Assembly: GCA_963790205.1 (NCBI GenBank) | Contig: CAWBNQ010000001.1 | Location: 192,001-256,000, forward strand | From: Nitrospirota bacterium | GTDB taxonomy: Bacteria > Nitrospirota > UBA9217 | Direction of reading: 5' to 3' | DNA length: 64,000 bases | In this document: one piece after another, positions 1-10,853 of the stretch | How positions within the stretch are numbered: position 1 is the first letter of the stretch | Layout of the letters: each line of letters begins with the position of its first letter | Position numbers and translations under genes: made by a program | The notes under the pieces: generated by a model | The model's input: the letters and a program-made list of their open reading frames with translations, nothing else | Databases searched by the model: none | Told to the model about the DNA's origin: nothing

Positions 1-824
1 CGGGCACGGAAAGCTCGAACCAGCCCAGGTCCTCGTCATGGTGGAGCACTCTGAAGCGCGACCCGAGGGGCTTGAGGGAAACCTCTTTCGCCTGGTAGTC
101 GGCCTGCGAGCTCAGACCGTAAGTCCGGTACCGTTTCTGCACCAGCGGAATGAGCGCCTGGATGTGGGGCTGGTCCAGGCACAGGACCGACACGCCGTAG
201 AAAGGCACCTTGTTGATGAAGGCCAGGAACGCTTCCTTGATCTCGTCGATGTCCTTGTAATAATCGAGGTGCTCCGCGTCGATCGTCGTGACCACGGCAA
301 TGGTCGGCGAAAGCTTGAGGAAGCTGCCGTCGCTTTCGTCCGCTTCGGCCACGAGGAATTCGCCCTGGCCGAGCTTGGCGTTCGTGCCGAGGCTGTTCAG
401 TTTTCCGCCGATGACGACCGTGGGATCGATGCCGCCGGCGGCGAGCACGGTGGCGACCATGGAGGTCGTCGTGGTCTTGCCGTGCGCGCCCGCGATGGCC
501 ACGCCGTATTTGAGGCGCATCAGCTCGGCGAGCATCTCGGCCCGCGGGATCACCGGGATCTGTTTCTCCCGCGCCGCCAGTGACCTCGACGTTGTCGTTC
601 TTCACCGCCGAGGAGATGACCACGACGTGCGGTGAGGTGACGTTCTCCGCGCGGTGGCCGATCGAGATCTCGCCGCCCAGTTTTCGGAGCCGCTCCGTGG
701 TGTCCGATTCCTTCATGTCCGAACCCGAGACCTTGTACCCGAGGTTCAACAGCACCTCGGCGATGCCGCTCATGCCGATGCCGCCGATGCCGACGAAATG
801 AATGTGTTTAATTTTTTTGAACAT
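1..824 (-). CDS. murC: UDP-N-acetylmuramate--L-alanine ligase; runs off the window start; apparent +1 frameshift near 580
   Basis: N-terminus [16 protein letters not shown]; after the shift the other frame reads ...[32 protein letters not shown]; position in the dcw cluster. Confidence 0.95.
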
Positions 825-1885
825 AGTCCTTGCAGATCCCTGCGATCTCCTCCGCCGCGGTATTCGCCATACGGGATGCGGAGGCCGTTCCCGTTACAGC
901 ATATTTTTTTATCCTGTCTCTCAGCAGCTCCGCGGTCAGGTCTTTCTGCACAATGACCTCCGCGTTGCCGCGGTCGGCCAGTGCCCTTGCATTGTACTCC
1001 TGATGGTTGTCCGCCGCAAAGGGAAAGGGAACCAGCACTGCCCGCTTGCCGCAGACGGCAAGTTCCGCCACCGTCGTGGCGCCCGACCGTGAAATAACGA
1101 GGTCCGCGGCCGCATACGCGCCGGCCATGTCGTGGATGTAAGGAAGCGCCACGGCCCTGATGCCTGATGCGCCATATCGTGCGCTGACCTCGGCGAAGTC
1201 CTTCTCTCCGGTCTGATGCAGGACCTGGATATTCTCCGCATCTTTCAAATATGCCGCTGCCTGCATCATGGCCATGTTGATGGCATGTGCGCCGCCGCTG
1301 CCTCCCAGGACGAAGACCGTAAACCTTTCCGGTTCAAGGCCGAAGTCCGCAAGCGCCCTGCCGCGGTCGCCCTGGTCTATCCCTTTTCTGACCAGCGGCC
1401 CGAGCGTCGTTGTTTTCTTCAGGAGGGAAAAATCCCCGGGCGGCCGTCCCCGGAAAGCAAAGGATCACCCTGCTTGCCAGCTTTCCCAGCCTGCGGTTCG
1501 CCAGCCCGGCATAGGAATTCGGCTCCACAACGATCAACGGGATGTGAAGACCATACGCGGCCACGCCGACCGGTCCCGAGGAATAGCCGCCGACCCCGAT
1601 CACCACATCCGGTCTGACCTCGCGAAGCAGGCTCCAGGACTGGAGCAGGCCCAACGGAAGCGTAAGCATTGTTCTTATGCGTGAGAGAAGCTTCATGCCT
1701 TTGAGTTTCCCGACGGTTATAAAGCGCACCGGCAGCCCTTCCTTCGGCAGCACCTTTGCCTCGATTCCCTGTTCTGTGCCCACAAAGAGCACTTCATTGC
1801 CGCGATCCCTGAGAAGCTCGCGCGCTATGGCGATCCCCGGATACAGGTGCCCTCCCGTTCCTCCGCCTGCAATAATGATCTTCAT
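808..1885 (-). CDS. murG: Undecaprenyl-PP-MurNAc-pentapeptide GlcNAc transferase; apparent frameshift near 1425
   Basis: [11 protein letters not shown] and GGY motifs in ORF 1334..1885; HQTG, SRSGATT and DNHQEYNA motifs in ORF 808..1275. Confidence 0.95.
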
Positions 1886-2011
1886 ACCGCCGTCCGGCGC
1901 TCCGCCTTGGTCCTGCTTTTATTCCGCATTCCGCCTGCGGCCAGCATTTACGAGCCTGCACCCGCGTTTGTGAGTGGAACCGCGAATGCAGGGTGCATCC
2001 CGAATTCCGCA

Positions 2012-3130
2012 CTAGTGTCTCACGCTCTCTCTCGACATGCTCAACAGCACCCCGAGCGCGCCCAACGTGACCACGAGTGACGAGCCTCCGTAGCTCACGA
2101 GCGGGAGAGCAATGCCTTTTGTCGGCAGCAATCCGGTAACGACCGCCATGTTGACCATGCCCTGGGCGCAGATAAGAACGGTGATGCCGAGCGCAAGCAT
2201 GCGGCTGAACATATCGTCCGCGGCGAGCGCGATACGGACCCCGCGCCACAGGATGACGAAGAACAGCGCAAGGACCGCGAGCGCCCCGATCAGGCCGAGT
2301 TCTTCGCCGATCACCGCGTAAATGAAATCCGAGTGCCGCTCGGGCAGGAACAGGAGTTTCTGTCTTCCCTCACCCAGTCCCCGGCCGAACACGCCGCCGC
2401 TGCCGAAGGCGAGGAACGACTGAATGATCTGGTGTCCGGCGCCCTGCGGGTCCGCCCAGGGATCGAGGAAGGCAAAAATCCTGCGCGCCCGATAGGCGCT
2501 GTGCGTTACGGCTATGTACAGAAAAGGCAGTATGGCCAGCGCTGTTCCGCCAAGGTGGAGAAGGTTCGCGCCGCCGGCAAAGAGCATGATGCTCACCACG
2601 CCCGCCAGCGTCATGGTCGCGCCGAAGTCCGGCTGGAGAATGACAATGACGAGAAAGATGCCGGTCACGACATAAGCGGGGACGAGGCCATTCATGAAAT
2701 CACGAAGGCGTCCTCCCTTTTTTGCGATAAAGTAGCTCATATAGACGACCAGAGCGAACTTCGCAAGCTCTGAAGGCTGGAACGAGAACATGCCGAAGCG
2801 CAGCCAACGCCGTGATCCGTTGATCATTTTCCCGATCCCCGGCATGAGGGTTGCGGCGAGCAGGATCAGGGAAACAGCAACGAGCCCGATTACGGCGCGC
2901 TGGTCCCCGAATATGCGATGGTCCATGCGCATCGTGACTGCCATCACCGCGAGCCCGACGAGCGCCCAGAGGATCTGGCGCTTCATGAAAAATGTCGGGT
3001 CGTTATAGGTCGTCAGCGCCACGACGCTGCTCGAACTGTATACCATCACGACGCTGATGACGAGCAGCATCAGGATGGCGAACAAAAGCGGTTTATCGTA
3101 ATGGGCCTTAAGGTTTGTACTGCTCCGCAT
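2012..3130 (-). CDS. ftsW: SEDS peptidoglycan polymerase FtsW
   Basis: GSRRWL, FQPSELAK, LPERHSDFI and SYGGSS motifs; multiple TM helices; dcw position. Confidence 0.95.
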   Translation of the reverse strand: MRSSTNLKAHYDKPLLFAILMLLVISVVMVYSSSSVVALTTYNDPTFFMKRQILWALVGLAVMAVTMRMDHRIFGDQRAVIGLVAVSLILLAATLMPGIGKMINGSRRWLRFGMFSFQPSELAKFALVVYMSYFIAKKGGRLRDFMNGLVPAYVVTGIFLVIVILQPDFGATMTLAGVVSIMLFAGGANLLHLGGTALAILPFLYIAVTHSAYRARRIFAFLDPWADPQGAGHQIIQSFLAFGSGGVFGRGLGEGRQKLLFLPERHSDFIYAVIGEELGLIGALAVLALFFVILWRGVRIALAADDMFSRMLALGITVLICAQGMVNMAVVTGLLPTKGIALPLVSYGGSSLVVTLGALGVLLSMSRESVRH

Positions 3131-3149
3131 TTCACACTCCGAACTCGCG

Positions 3150-4487
3150 TTACAGCGCGTTCACCGCTTCCTTAAATTTCCTGCCGCGGTCTTCAAAGTC
3201 CTTGAACATGTCGAAGCTCGCGCATGCGGGGGACAGGAGCACCACATCTCCCTGTGAGGCCCGCGCCGATGCAAGCCGCACCGCGTCCTGAAGCGTTTTG
3301 GCGAACACCGTCTCCGTTGCCGTGCCGACCGCACGCGCCATCTTTTCCGCGGCCTTGCCGATCAGGACCAGGAGCTTCACTTTCTGCTTGAACAGCTCAT
3401 AAAGCGGACGGAAATCGCTCCCCTTGTCCAGGCCGCCGGCAATGAGGAGCACGGGCTGCGTGAACCCCTCGACGGACTTGACCACCGCGCCGACGTTCGT
3501 GCCCTTGGAATCATTGATGTACGTAACGCCGTCCTTTTCACGCACAAATTCGAGCCGGTGCTCGAGGCCGGGAAACTCCCCGAGCGCCGCAGCCACCGAT
3601 TCGATATCCGCACCTGCGCAGAGCGACAACGCCGACGCGGCCAGCGCGTTCTCTATGTTATGCACGCCCTTGATTTTGATTTCGTCGACAGGGATGATCC
3701 GTCGTCCGTTGAACATCAAAGAGCCGTCGAGCACGCAAGCGCCGGGGTTGAACCTCTGCAACCGCGAAAAGGGGATTACCGTTGCCGCAGTCCGCTTCGC
3801 CATCGGCTTGACGAGGGGATCGTCGAAATTCAATATCAAAAAGTCTTCCTTGTCCTGGTTCATGAAGATCCGCGCCTTGGCCCCGGCGTATTCGGTCATG
3901 TCCCGGTAGCGGTCGAGATGATCCTGGGTGACGTTCAGGACCGCGGCTACGCGCGGCCTGAAGGTCTCGATGTCCTCAAGCTGGAAGCTCGAGAGCTCGG
4001 CCACGATCCAGTCCTGCCCTGAAAGCAGGCGCGGATTATCGGTGAGGGCGTTGCCGATATTCCCGGCCACGAGTACCTTCTTCTTCGCCCGCGCAAGCAT
4101 AAGCCCGGTGAGCGTTGTGACCGTGGACTTTCCGTTCGTGCCCGTGATACCGACGTAGGGGGAATCCGACAGCAACCACGCCAGTTCCAGTTCGCTGATC
4201 ACCGTTACCCCGCGCCCTCGGGCTGTCACGATCTGCGGGATCTTCGGCACGCCGGGAGAAAGCACCACGAGGTCCGCCTCGATGAAAGTGCGGTCCAGGT
4301 GTCCTCCCGCTTCCACCGTGATGGCGCCGCTTCCGAGCGCCTTTACCTGAGCGGCGAGCTCGCCCAGCGGCTTCTTGTCCGTGACCGTGACCCGGGCGCC
4401 GAGCGCATGGAGCGCCCGCGCGGCGGCAATGCCGCTCCGAGCCATCCCGACGACCGTCACTTTCTTGCCTTGAAAATCAACCTTCAC
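3150..4487 (-). CDS. murD: UDP-MurNAc-L-Ala--D-glutamate ligase
   Basis: GITGTNGKSTVT, ELSSFQLE, NDSKGTN and LSPACASFDMF motifs. Confidence 0.97.
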   Translation of the reverse strand: MKVDFQGKKVTVVGMARSGIAAARALHALGARVTVTDKKPLGELAAQVKALGSGAITVEAGGHLDRTFIEADLVVLSPGVPKIPQIVTARGRGVTVISELELAWLLSDSPYVGITGTNGKSTVTTLTGLMLARAKKKVLVAGNIGNALTDNPRLLSGQDWIVAELSSFQLEDIETFRPRVAAVLNVTQDHLDRYRDMTEYAGAKARIFMNQDKEDFLILNFDDPLVKPMAKRTAATVIPFSRLQRFNPGACVLDGSLMFNGRRIIPVDEIKIKGVHNIENALAASALSLCAGADIESVAAALGEFPGLEHRLEFVREKDGVTYINDSKGTNVGAVVKSVEGFTQPVLLIAGGLDKGSDFRPLYELFKQKVKLLVLIGKAAEKMARAVGTATETVFAKTLQDAVRLASARASQGDVVLLSPACASFDMFKDFEDRGRKFKEAVNAL

Positions 4488-4511
4488 CGTGCCTCCGACC
4501 CAAATCTTTTC

Positions 4512-4603
4512 ACCACAGAGATCGCAGAGGAAGGTATATCACGAATTTCTTGTCTTCCTCTTTTCGCCCTGCTTTTCTCGTTGTTCTCTGCGCCCTCTGT
4601 GGT
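4512..4603. repeat. Intergenic imperfect palindrome built on 9-nt periodic units
   Basis: accacagagatcgcagag (4512-4529) vs ctctgcgccctctgtggt (4586-4603), 16/18 complementary; related elements at 22383-22501 and 45349-45428. Confidence 0.7.
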
Positions 4604-4620
4604 AAAGAGTTTTTTTGTTC

Positions 4621-5703
4621 TCACCTCAGCTTCAGCGAGCCGATCGACATCAGCGCCAGGATGATCCCCACGATCCAGAACCGTACGATGACCTTGGATT
4701 CGGGCCAGCCGATCTGTTCGAAGTGATGATGAATGGGGGCCATTTTGAAAATGCGCTTGCCCGTAAGCTTGTACGACGCCACCTGGAGCGCCACGGAGAT
4801 CGTCTCGGCAACGAAAATGCCGCCGACCACCACGAGGATAAGCTCGTGCTTGGTCACCACGGCCACGGTGCCCAGCGCGCCGCCGAGCGACAGCGACCCG
4901 ACGTCGCCCATAAACACCTCAGCGGGATGGGCATTATACCATAGAAAACCGAGGCTCGCACCGAGCAGCGCGCCGCAGAAGATCACGAGCTCGCCGCTGC
5001 CCGGGATGTACAGGATCTTGAGGTACTCGGCGAGGATCCGGTTTCCTCCGATGTACACGATTACGGCATTTGCCGTAGCCGCGATCCCCACAAGCCCGAT
5101 AGCCAGGCCGTCCAGGCCATCCGTCAGGTTCACCGCGTTCGAAGAGCCCACGATGACCACGGCAACAAAGGGAATGTAGAACCACCCCAGGTTGATGAAA
5201 AATTGTTTCATGAAGGGCACGGAAAGGTAGGCTGCCTGGCGGTCGCCGGAAAAGTAATAAAGGAAAATCCCGATCGTAAGCGACGCGACGATCTGAAGCC
5301 CGAACTTGTGTTTGGCGCTCAAACCCTTGGACCGCTTTTTTACGACCTTGAGGTAGTCGTCCCAGAAACCGATTCCGCCGAAGGCGAGGGTGGCAAAGAG
5401 CACCACCCATACATACTTGTTCGTGAGATCGGACCAGAGCAGGGCAGAGCTTACGAGCGCAACGATAATCAGGAGGCCGCCCATCGTGGGCGTGCCCTGC
5501 TTCGACAGATGGGTCTGGGGTCCGTCGCCGCGCACGTGCTGGCCCACCTTGAGCCTCCGGAGCCAGGCGATCATGATTTTGCCCAGCAGGAAGCTCACGA
5601 TGAGCGCCGTAAGCACCGCGCCGGCGCTCCGGAAGGTGATATACTTGAAAACGTTAAAACCGCTGACACGGTTATGGAGCGGATATAATAAGTGGTACAA
5701 CAT
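4621..5703 (-). CDS. mraY: Phospho-N-acetylmuramoyl-pentapeptide transferase
   Basis: KQGTPTMGG, DDYLK, NAVNLTDGLDGLA, FMGDVGS and MAPIHHHFE motifs. Confidence 0.98.
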   Translation of the reverse strand: MLYHLLYPLHNRVSGFNVFKYITFRSAGAVLTALIVSFLLGKIMIAWLRRLKVGQHVRGDGPQTHLSKQGTPTMGGLLIIVALVSSALLWSDLTNKYVWVVLFATLAFGGIGFWDDYLKVVKKRSKGLSAKHKFGLQIVASLTIGIFLYYFSGDRQAAYLSVPFMKQFFINLGWFYIPFVAVVIVGSSNAVNLTDGLDGLAIGLVGIAATANAVIVYIGGNRILAEYLKILYIPGSGELVIFCGALLGASLGFLWYNAHPAEVFMGDVGSLSLGGALGTVAVVTKHELILVVVGGIFVAETISVALQVASYKLTGKRIFKMAPIHHHFEQIGWPESKVIVRFWIVGIILALMSIGSLKLR

Positions 5704-7070
5704 CAGAACTCCTCCAGAATCTTTTCCATTTTCATGCCGCGGGACCCCTTGATGAGCACCGCGTCGCCGTTCTTGGAATATTTTTTGAGCAGGTCCGCGG
5801 CCTCGGCGTGAGATCCGGCCGCGAACAGGCGGCTCTTCGGCATCCCTCCCTCGTGCGCGCCTTCAAGCATATAGTTCGACAGTACGCCCACGGTAATGAG
5901 CACATTCACCCCGAGCCGGGCCGCGGTCCTGCCGATCTCCCGGTGCGCCTCCTCGGTCGCGTCTCCCAGCTCGAGCATGTCGCCGAGCACGGCAATTGAC
6001 TGCATGCCCGTTCCGAGTGAGATCAGCGTTTCGAGCGCGGCGATTACCGAGCCGGGGTTCGCATTGTAATAATCGGCGAGCACGGTCCTGCCGTGGACAA
6101 GTTTGAGCTCGGAGCGCATGGCCACGGGCGCAAAGTCGTCGAGGCCGGATTTGACGGCATCCGGGGACATACCCGTAGCGATCGCCGCGGCGGCGGCCGC
6201 GAGCGCGTTGTAGATATTATGCCTGCCCACGGTCCGGAGCCTCACGTTGACCTTCGGGCCGCCGGCCGTGAGCGTAAAATCCGTGAAATCCCTGCCCTGC
6301 CTGGCCTCCGAGGCGCTCACCTCCGCCCGGGTATCGATCCCGAAGGAAATCACGCGTCCGTTCCATCTTTTCCTGAGCGTCTCGAAATACCGGTCGTCGG
6401 CGTTTAATACGGCGGTCCCGCCGGTCCTCAGGTTCCCGAGGATTTCCGCCTTGGCCTCGGCCACCATGTCCATGGTCCCCAGGAATTCGAGGTGCGCCGG
6501 GCCGATATTCGTGATGACACCCACATCGGGGCTCACGAGCCGCGCGAGAAGGTCGATCTCGCCGGCCGCGCTCATGCCCATCTCAATTACCGCTGCCCGG
6601 TGTCTCGCCTCGAGCTTCAGGAGCGTGAGCGGCACGCCGATGTGATTGTTCAAGTTGCCTTCGTTTTTGAGCACCGGCCCCTTTCGCATCATGATGCCCG
6701 CGAGCATCTCCTTGGTCGTGGTCTTGCCGTTGCTGCCGGTAATGCCGACCACGGGTATGGAATATTTTTTCCGGTTCATGTGGGACATCTCCTGGAGGCT
6801 GAAAAGCGTATCTTCCACCGGCAGGATGTTTTTGAGAACGCCAAAGCTCTCATACTTGTTCTCGAGTACCGACCGATCGACCAGGGCGCCCCATGCGCCT
6901 TTCCTGATCGCTTCGGGTACAAAATCATGCCCATCGAACCGCTCTCCCTTGATGGCAATGAAGAGTTCACCCTCTTTTATGCTCCTGGAGTCGATTGATA
7001 CTCCCTTAATAGCCATGCTCCCCAACTCCCCGACAATTTTTTCCAGCAGTTTTTTTTCAGAATCGATCAT
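5703..7070 (-). CDS. murF: UDP-MurNAc-tripeptide--D-Ala-D-Ala ligase
   Basis: GITGSNGKTTTKEM, NNHIGVPLTL, DYYNANP, LGDMLELG and KGSRGM motifs. Confidence 0.97.
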   Translation of the reverse strand: MIDSEKKLLEKIVGELGSMAIKGVSIDSRSIKEGELFIAIKGERFDGHDFVPEAIRKGAWGALVDRSVLENKYESFGVLKNILPVEDTLFSLQEMSHMNRKKYSIPVVGITGSNGKTTTKEMLAGIMMRKGPVLKNEGNLNNHIGVPLTLLKLEARHRAAVIEMGMSAAGEIDLLARLVSPDVGVITNIGPAHLEFLGTMDMVAEAKAEILGNLRTGGTAVLNADDRYFETLRKRWNGRVISFGIDTRAEVSASEARQGRDFTDFTLTAGGPKVNVRLRTVGRHNIYNALAAAAAAIATGMSPDAVKSGLDDFAPVAMRSELKLVHGRTVLADYYNANPGSVIAALETLISLGTGMQSIAVLGDMLELGDATEEAHREIGRTAARLGVNVLITVGVLSNYMLEGAHEGGMPKSRLFAAGSHAEAADLLKKYSKNGDAVLIKGSRGMKMEKILEEF

Positions 7071-7124
7071 GGTTCAATTTCGGATTGGCATTGCCGTACC
7101 TGCGGCGCAACCGCAACGTTTGCT

Positions 7125-8669
7125 CTAATCCGCATTCCGCAATCCGCAATGCAAAATGCTTTTCCTGATTTCTTCACGCGCGGCCTCGCGGTCGTCGTAA
7201 TGGATTTTCGTGTTCCCGATGATCTGATAATCTTCGTGCCCTTTTCCCGCGAGCACGACCACGTCGCCGGGTTTCGCCATGCCGATCGCCGCGGCCACCG
7301 CAGTCTGCCGGTCGGGAATGACAGCGTACGGCGTCCTTCCTCGAACAGGGTCCGGCGCCGCATCAGGTGACGGCATTCTCATGCCCTCTGTCATGCCCTG
7401 CTCGATTTCGCCAATAATGCTCAGGGGGTCCTCGGTCCTCGGGTTATCAGAGGTGACGATCACGACATCGCTTCCGCGGATCGCGGCAGCGCCCATCTTC
7501 GGCCGCTTGGTCCGATCGCGGTCGCCTCCGCAGCCGAGGACCGTGATGATCCGCGAGCTCGCGAGCTCGCGCACCGCTTCAAGGAGACGGATGAGGGCAT
7601 CTTCGGTGTGCGCGTAGTCTACGACAACACCATAGGGCTGGCCCTCATCCACCTTTTCCATGCGGCCAGGAACGGCCTTCATATTTTTTATTCCGCGGCT
7701 GATCGCCTCCGTGCTGAAGCCCAGCGCCGTCCCGATCCCGACCGCAGTCAGGATGTTATGAATATTATGCCTTCCCACGAGCGGCGATTCTACGGGTACC
7801 GCACCCGACGGCGTAGTAACCTCGAAACTAAGACCGCGGATGCCGTGTTGAACGGTCCCTGCGGGCTGAACGTCCGCCCGGGCCGCCATGCCCGTCGTGA
7901 TGATCTTCGCCTTCGTTGCTTTGATTATTTCCCCGGCGCGTGCATCATCGAGATTGACCACTGCGCTCCGGTCCGGCGCAAGTCCGGAAAACAAGAGGAG
8001 CTTGGCCCGGAAATAAGCGTCCATGGTCCCGTGAAAATCAAGGTGGTCCTGGGTCAGGTTCGTGAACGCGGCGGCCGCAAATGTGCATCCGAGGGTCCTC
8101 CCGAGTTCAAGCGCGTGCGATGAGACCTCCATGACGCAGTGGGTCGCGCCGAGGCCGACCATTTCCGCAAGGAGCCGCTGGAGATCGAGCGATTCCGGCG
8201 TGGTGTTCGGCGCCGGGTACACGTTGTCGCCCACGCGGTAGTCGATGGTGCCGATCAGTCCGGCAGCGCCCCCTGCCGCCTCGATGATGGCTTTTACGAG
8301 GTAGGCCGTGGTGGTCTTGCCGTTCGTGCCGGTAATGCCGATGAGCGCGAGCTTCTGAGACGGATGGTCATAGAATGCATTCGCCAGAAGCGCGAGGGCC
8401 CGGCGCGAGTCTTCGACAACGATCTGCGGCGTGTTTGTGGCAGCCGCCGTACTGCTGTAACGCTCGGTGACCACGGCGACCGCACCCAGCTTTACGGCCT
8501 GTAAAATAAACAGGTGGCCGTCCGAGTGAAATCCTCGCACGGCCACAAAAAGGGAACCCGGTCTTACTTTCCGGGAGTCATAGGCAATATCCAGCACCTC
8601 CCTGTCCAGCCAGTCCGGCGGCAGAGACGATGGCCTTTCAAGCGTACCTGCTAATTCACCAAGCTTCAT
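7125..8669 (-). CDS. murE: UDP-MurNAc-dipeptide--meso-DAP ligase
   Basis: GITGTNGKTT, MEVSSH, DYAHT, DNPR (DAP-specificity motif) and AGKGHEDYQ. Confidence 0.97.
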   Translation of the reverse strand: MKLGELAGTLERPSSLPPDWLDREVLDIAYDSRKVRPGSLFVAVRGFHSDGHLFILQAVKLGAVAVVTERYSSTAAATNTPQIVVEDSRRALALLANAFYDHPSQKLALIGITGTNGKTTTAYLVKAIIEAAGGAAGLIGTIDYRVGDNVYPAPNTTPESLDLQRLLAEMVGLGATHCVMEVSSHALELGRTLGCTFAAAAFTNLTQDHLDFHGTMDAYFRAKLLLFSGLAPDRSAVVNLDDARAGEIIKATKAKIITTGMAARADVQPAGTVQHGIRGLSFEVTTPSGAVPVESPLVGRHNIHNILTAVGIGTALGFSTEAISRGIKNMKAVPGRMEKVDEGQPYGVVVDYAHTEDALIRLLEAVRELASSRIITVLGCGGDRDRTKRPKMGAAAIRGSDVVIVTSDNPRTEDPLSIIGEIEQGMTEGMRMPSPDAAPDPVRGRTPYAVIPDRQTAVAAAIGMAKPGDVVVLAGKGHEDYQIIGNTKIHYDDREAAREEIRKSILHCGLRNAD

Positions 8670-10398
8670 CGTGTCACCAGAAGCATCCTGCCTCCGTTGT
8701 CATCGGGCGGGACCTGGAGATATGCCAGGCTCTGCTCCGCAATCGACTTAAACACCGGAGCCGCCACGCTGCCGCCGTAGATGTCCCCTTCGGGGCTGTC
8801 GACCATTACGAGGATCACGAGCTTCGGCAAACCGGCCGGCACGAAGCCCGCAAAGGAGCTGACGTAATACTTCTTTGAATAAGCGCCGGTCCTCTGGTCG
8901 ATCTTCTGCGCCGTGCCGGTCTTTCCCGCGGCGGTATAGCCGGACGGCCGCGCCTTTTCGCCGGTCCCCGCTTCGACGACCCGTTGCAGCATCTTATTGA
9001 CCTTGGCGCAGGTCTCCTCGCTCATGACGCGGCCAACGGCCTGGGGTTGGAATGTCTTCCCCTCGTTTCCGTCACGGTCCACGATCTTGGCCACGATATA
9101 GGGCTTCATGAGCGTCCCGCCGTTCGCGAGCGCACAGTACGCCGCGGCCATCTGCAGGGGGGTCACGCCGATCCCCTGCCCGATGGCGATCTCGCCGAGC
9201 GATACGCCGGACCACAGTCGAGGGTCCTTGAGCAGGCCCGCGATCTCTCCGGGGATGTCCACGCCGGTCTTGCTGCCGAAGCCGAAGGCGGTGATGTATT
9301 TGTAGAACCGCTCCCTGCCGAGCCTGAGCGCCACCTTGATGGTGCCCACGTTGCTCGACTCGGCGATCACGTCCGTGAAGGTCAGCACGCCGTTTTTGTG
9401 CGCGTCGCTGATGACCCGGTCCGCGACCTTGATCTTGCCGGCGCTGCAGTCGACCCGTTCGAGGGGGTGGACGACCTTCTCTTCGAGCGCCGCGGCGGCC
9501 AGGACCGGCTTGAAGATCGAGCCCGGCTCGAACGCGTCCGCCACGCAGCGGTTCCGCCATTCCTCGGGCCGGTAGTGCTGCGGCTCGTTCGGGTTGAAGG
9601 GCTGACCGGAGCGGGTATGCGTACGCACGGCGAGCGCGAGCACCTCAGCGGTCCAGGGATTCATCACGATGCAGACGCCGCCCCTGGCCCGGGCCCTGGC
9701 GAGCGGCGGCATCAAGTTCTTTCTCGACGATGTGCTGGATCACCTCGTCGATCGTGAGGATGATGTCATGGCCCGGCTTCGGAAGCTTGTACTGAAAGCC
9801 GGGGCCGCCGGGAAAAACCGTCCTGCCCACGGCGTCCTTCTCGGCGAGCACCCATCCGCTCACGCCGCGAAGCGTCTTGTCGTAGGCAAGTTCCAGTCCT
9901 TCAAGACCTTCGTTGTCCATGCCGGTGAAACCAAGCACGGGAACCGGCCAGCGTCTTATTTGGATAGAACCGTCTCGATTCGGCTTGCAGGCCCACCTCG
10001 CTCGAGTCGAGGTCTTTCACCTTTCTGGCTTCGGCAGGCTCCACCTTGCGGCTGAGCCAGACAAAATGTTTGTCCCCGGCGAGCTTCCGCTCGAGCATGC
10101 GGGGGTTCTCGTGCAAAATCCGGGACAGCTGCCGGGCGACCTCCCGCGGGTCCTCTATCTTCGAGGGGACGCCGTAGACCGAATCAACGTCCAGGCTCAC
10201 GGCCAGTTCGCGCCCCATGCGGTCGTAGATGGTCCCCCGCGTGGGTTCGAGTTCCACCAGGCGCTCCTGCTGCCGCTCGGCGCGCGCCGCGAGTTCAGCC
10301 CGGTCGTAGACCTGGAGATAGACGAGCCTCAAGGCCACGAGCGCGAAGCCCAGGCCCGCTATCAAGAACACTGCAAGTATGCGTCCCCGTCTCTCCAT
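8666..10398 (-). CDS. ftsI: Penicillin-binding protein 3 (class B transpeptidase); two apparent frameshifts near 9945 and 9705
   Basis: RGTIYDR, GLEGLE, EPGSIFK (SxxK), SSN (SxN) and KTGTAQ spread across three adjacent ORFs. Confidence 0.93.
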
Positions 10399-10502
10399 GG
10401 AGGTAACTTAATGAAAGGCTGTAAAACTCAACCGTCAAAATCCGGAGGTCAACTCAAACACCGATGATCGAACGTAAGCGCGCCATTAAACCTTTTTTGT
10501 TT

Positions 10503-10853
10503 TCATTTGGACGTTGAACTTTCTATTTCAGAATCCGTTTTCCTTTTCACAACCACGATATTATCTTTTGAAGGCATGACCATTCCCAGCTTCTTCTCCG
10601 CGATCTCTTCAATGCGCGCGGGAGACGCCAGGCTGGACGCTTCTATCCGGAGGGATCCGTTTGCGCGCTCCAGGTCCTTCTTCTCCCTCTCCAGTGCATC
10701 GATCTGGTACCCGAGCCGTACGATTTTCACCTTTCCGCCCACGTACAGCAACAACCCCGTGATGATGAGCAGGATGATCAGGGCCCTCCGCAGGCCCCCC
10801 CGCCTGCTGCGCTCGAATACGAAAAACCCGATGTCGTTTGTTCGTGTAGTCAT
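10503..10853 (-). CDS. ftsL: Cell division protein FtsL
   Basis: Single TM helix plus coiled coil ending LASPARIEEIAEKKLGM; lies between rsmH and ftsI. Confidence 0.85.
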   Translation of the reverse strand: MTTRTNDIGFFVFERSRRGGLRRALIILLIITGLLLYVGGKVKIVRLGYQIDALEREKKDLERANGSLRIEASSLASPARIEEIAEKKLGMVMPSKDNIVVVKRKTDSEIESSTSK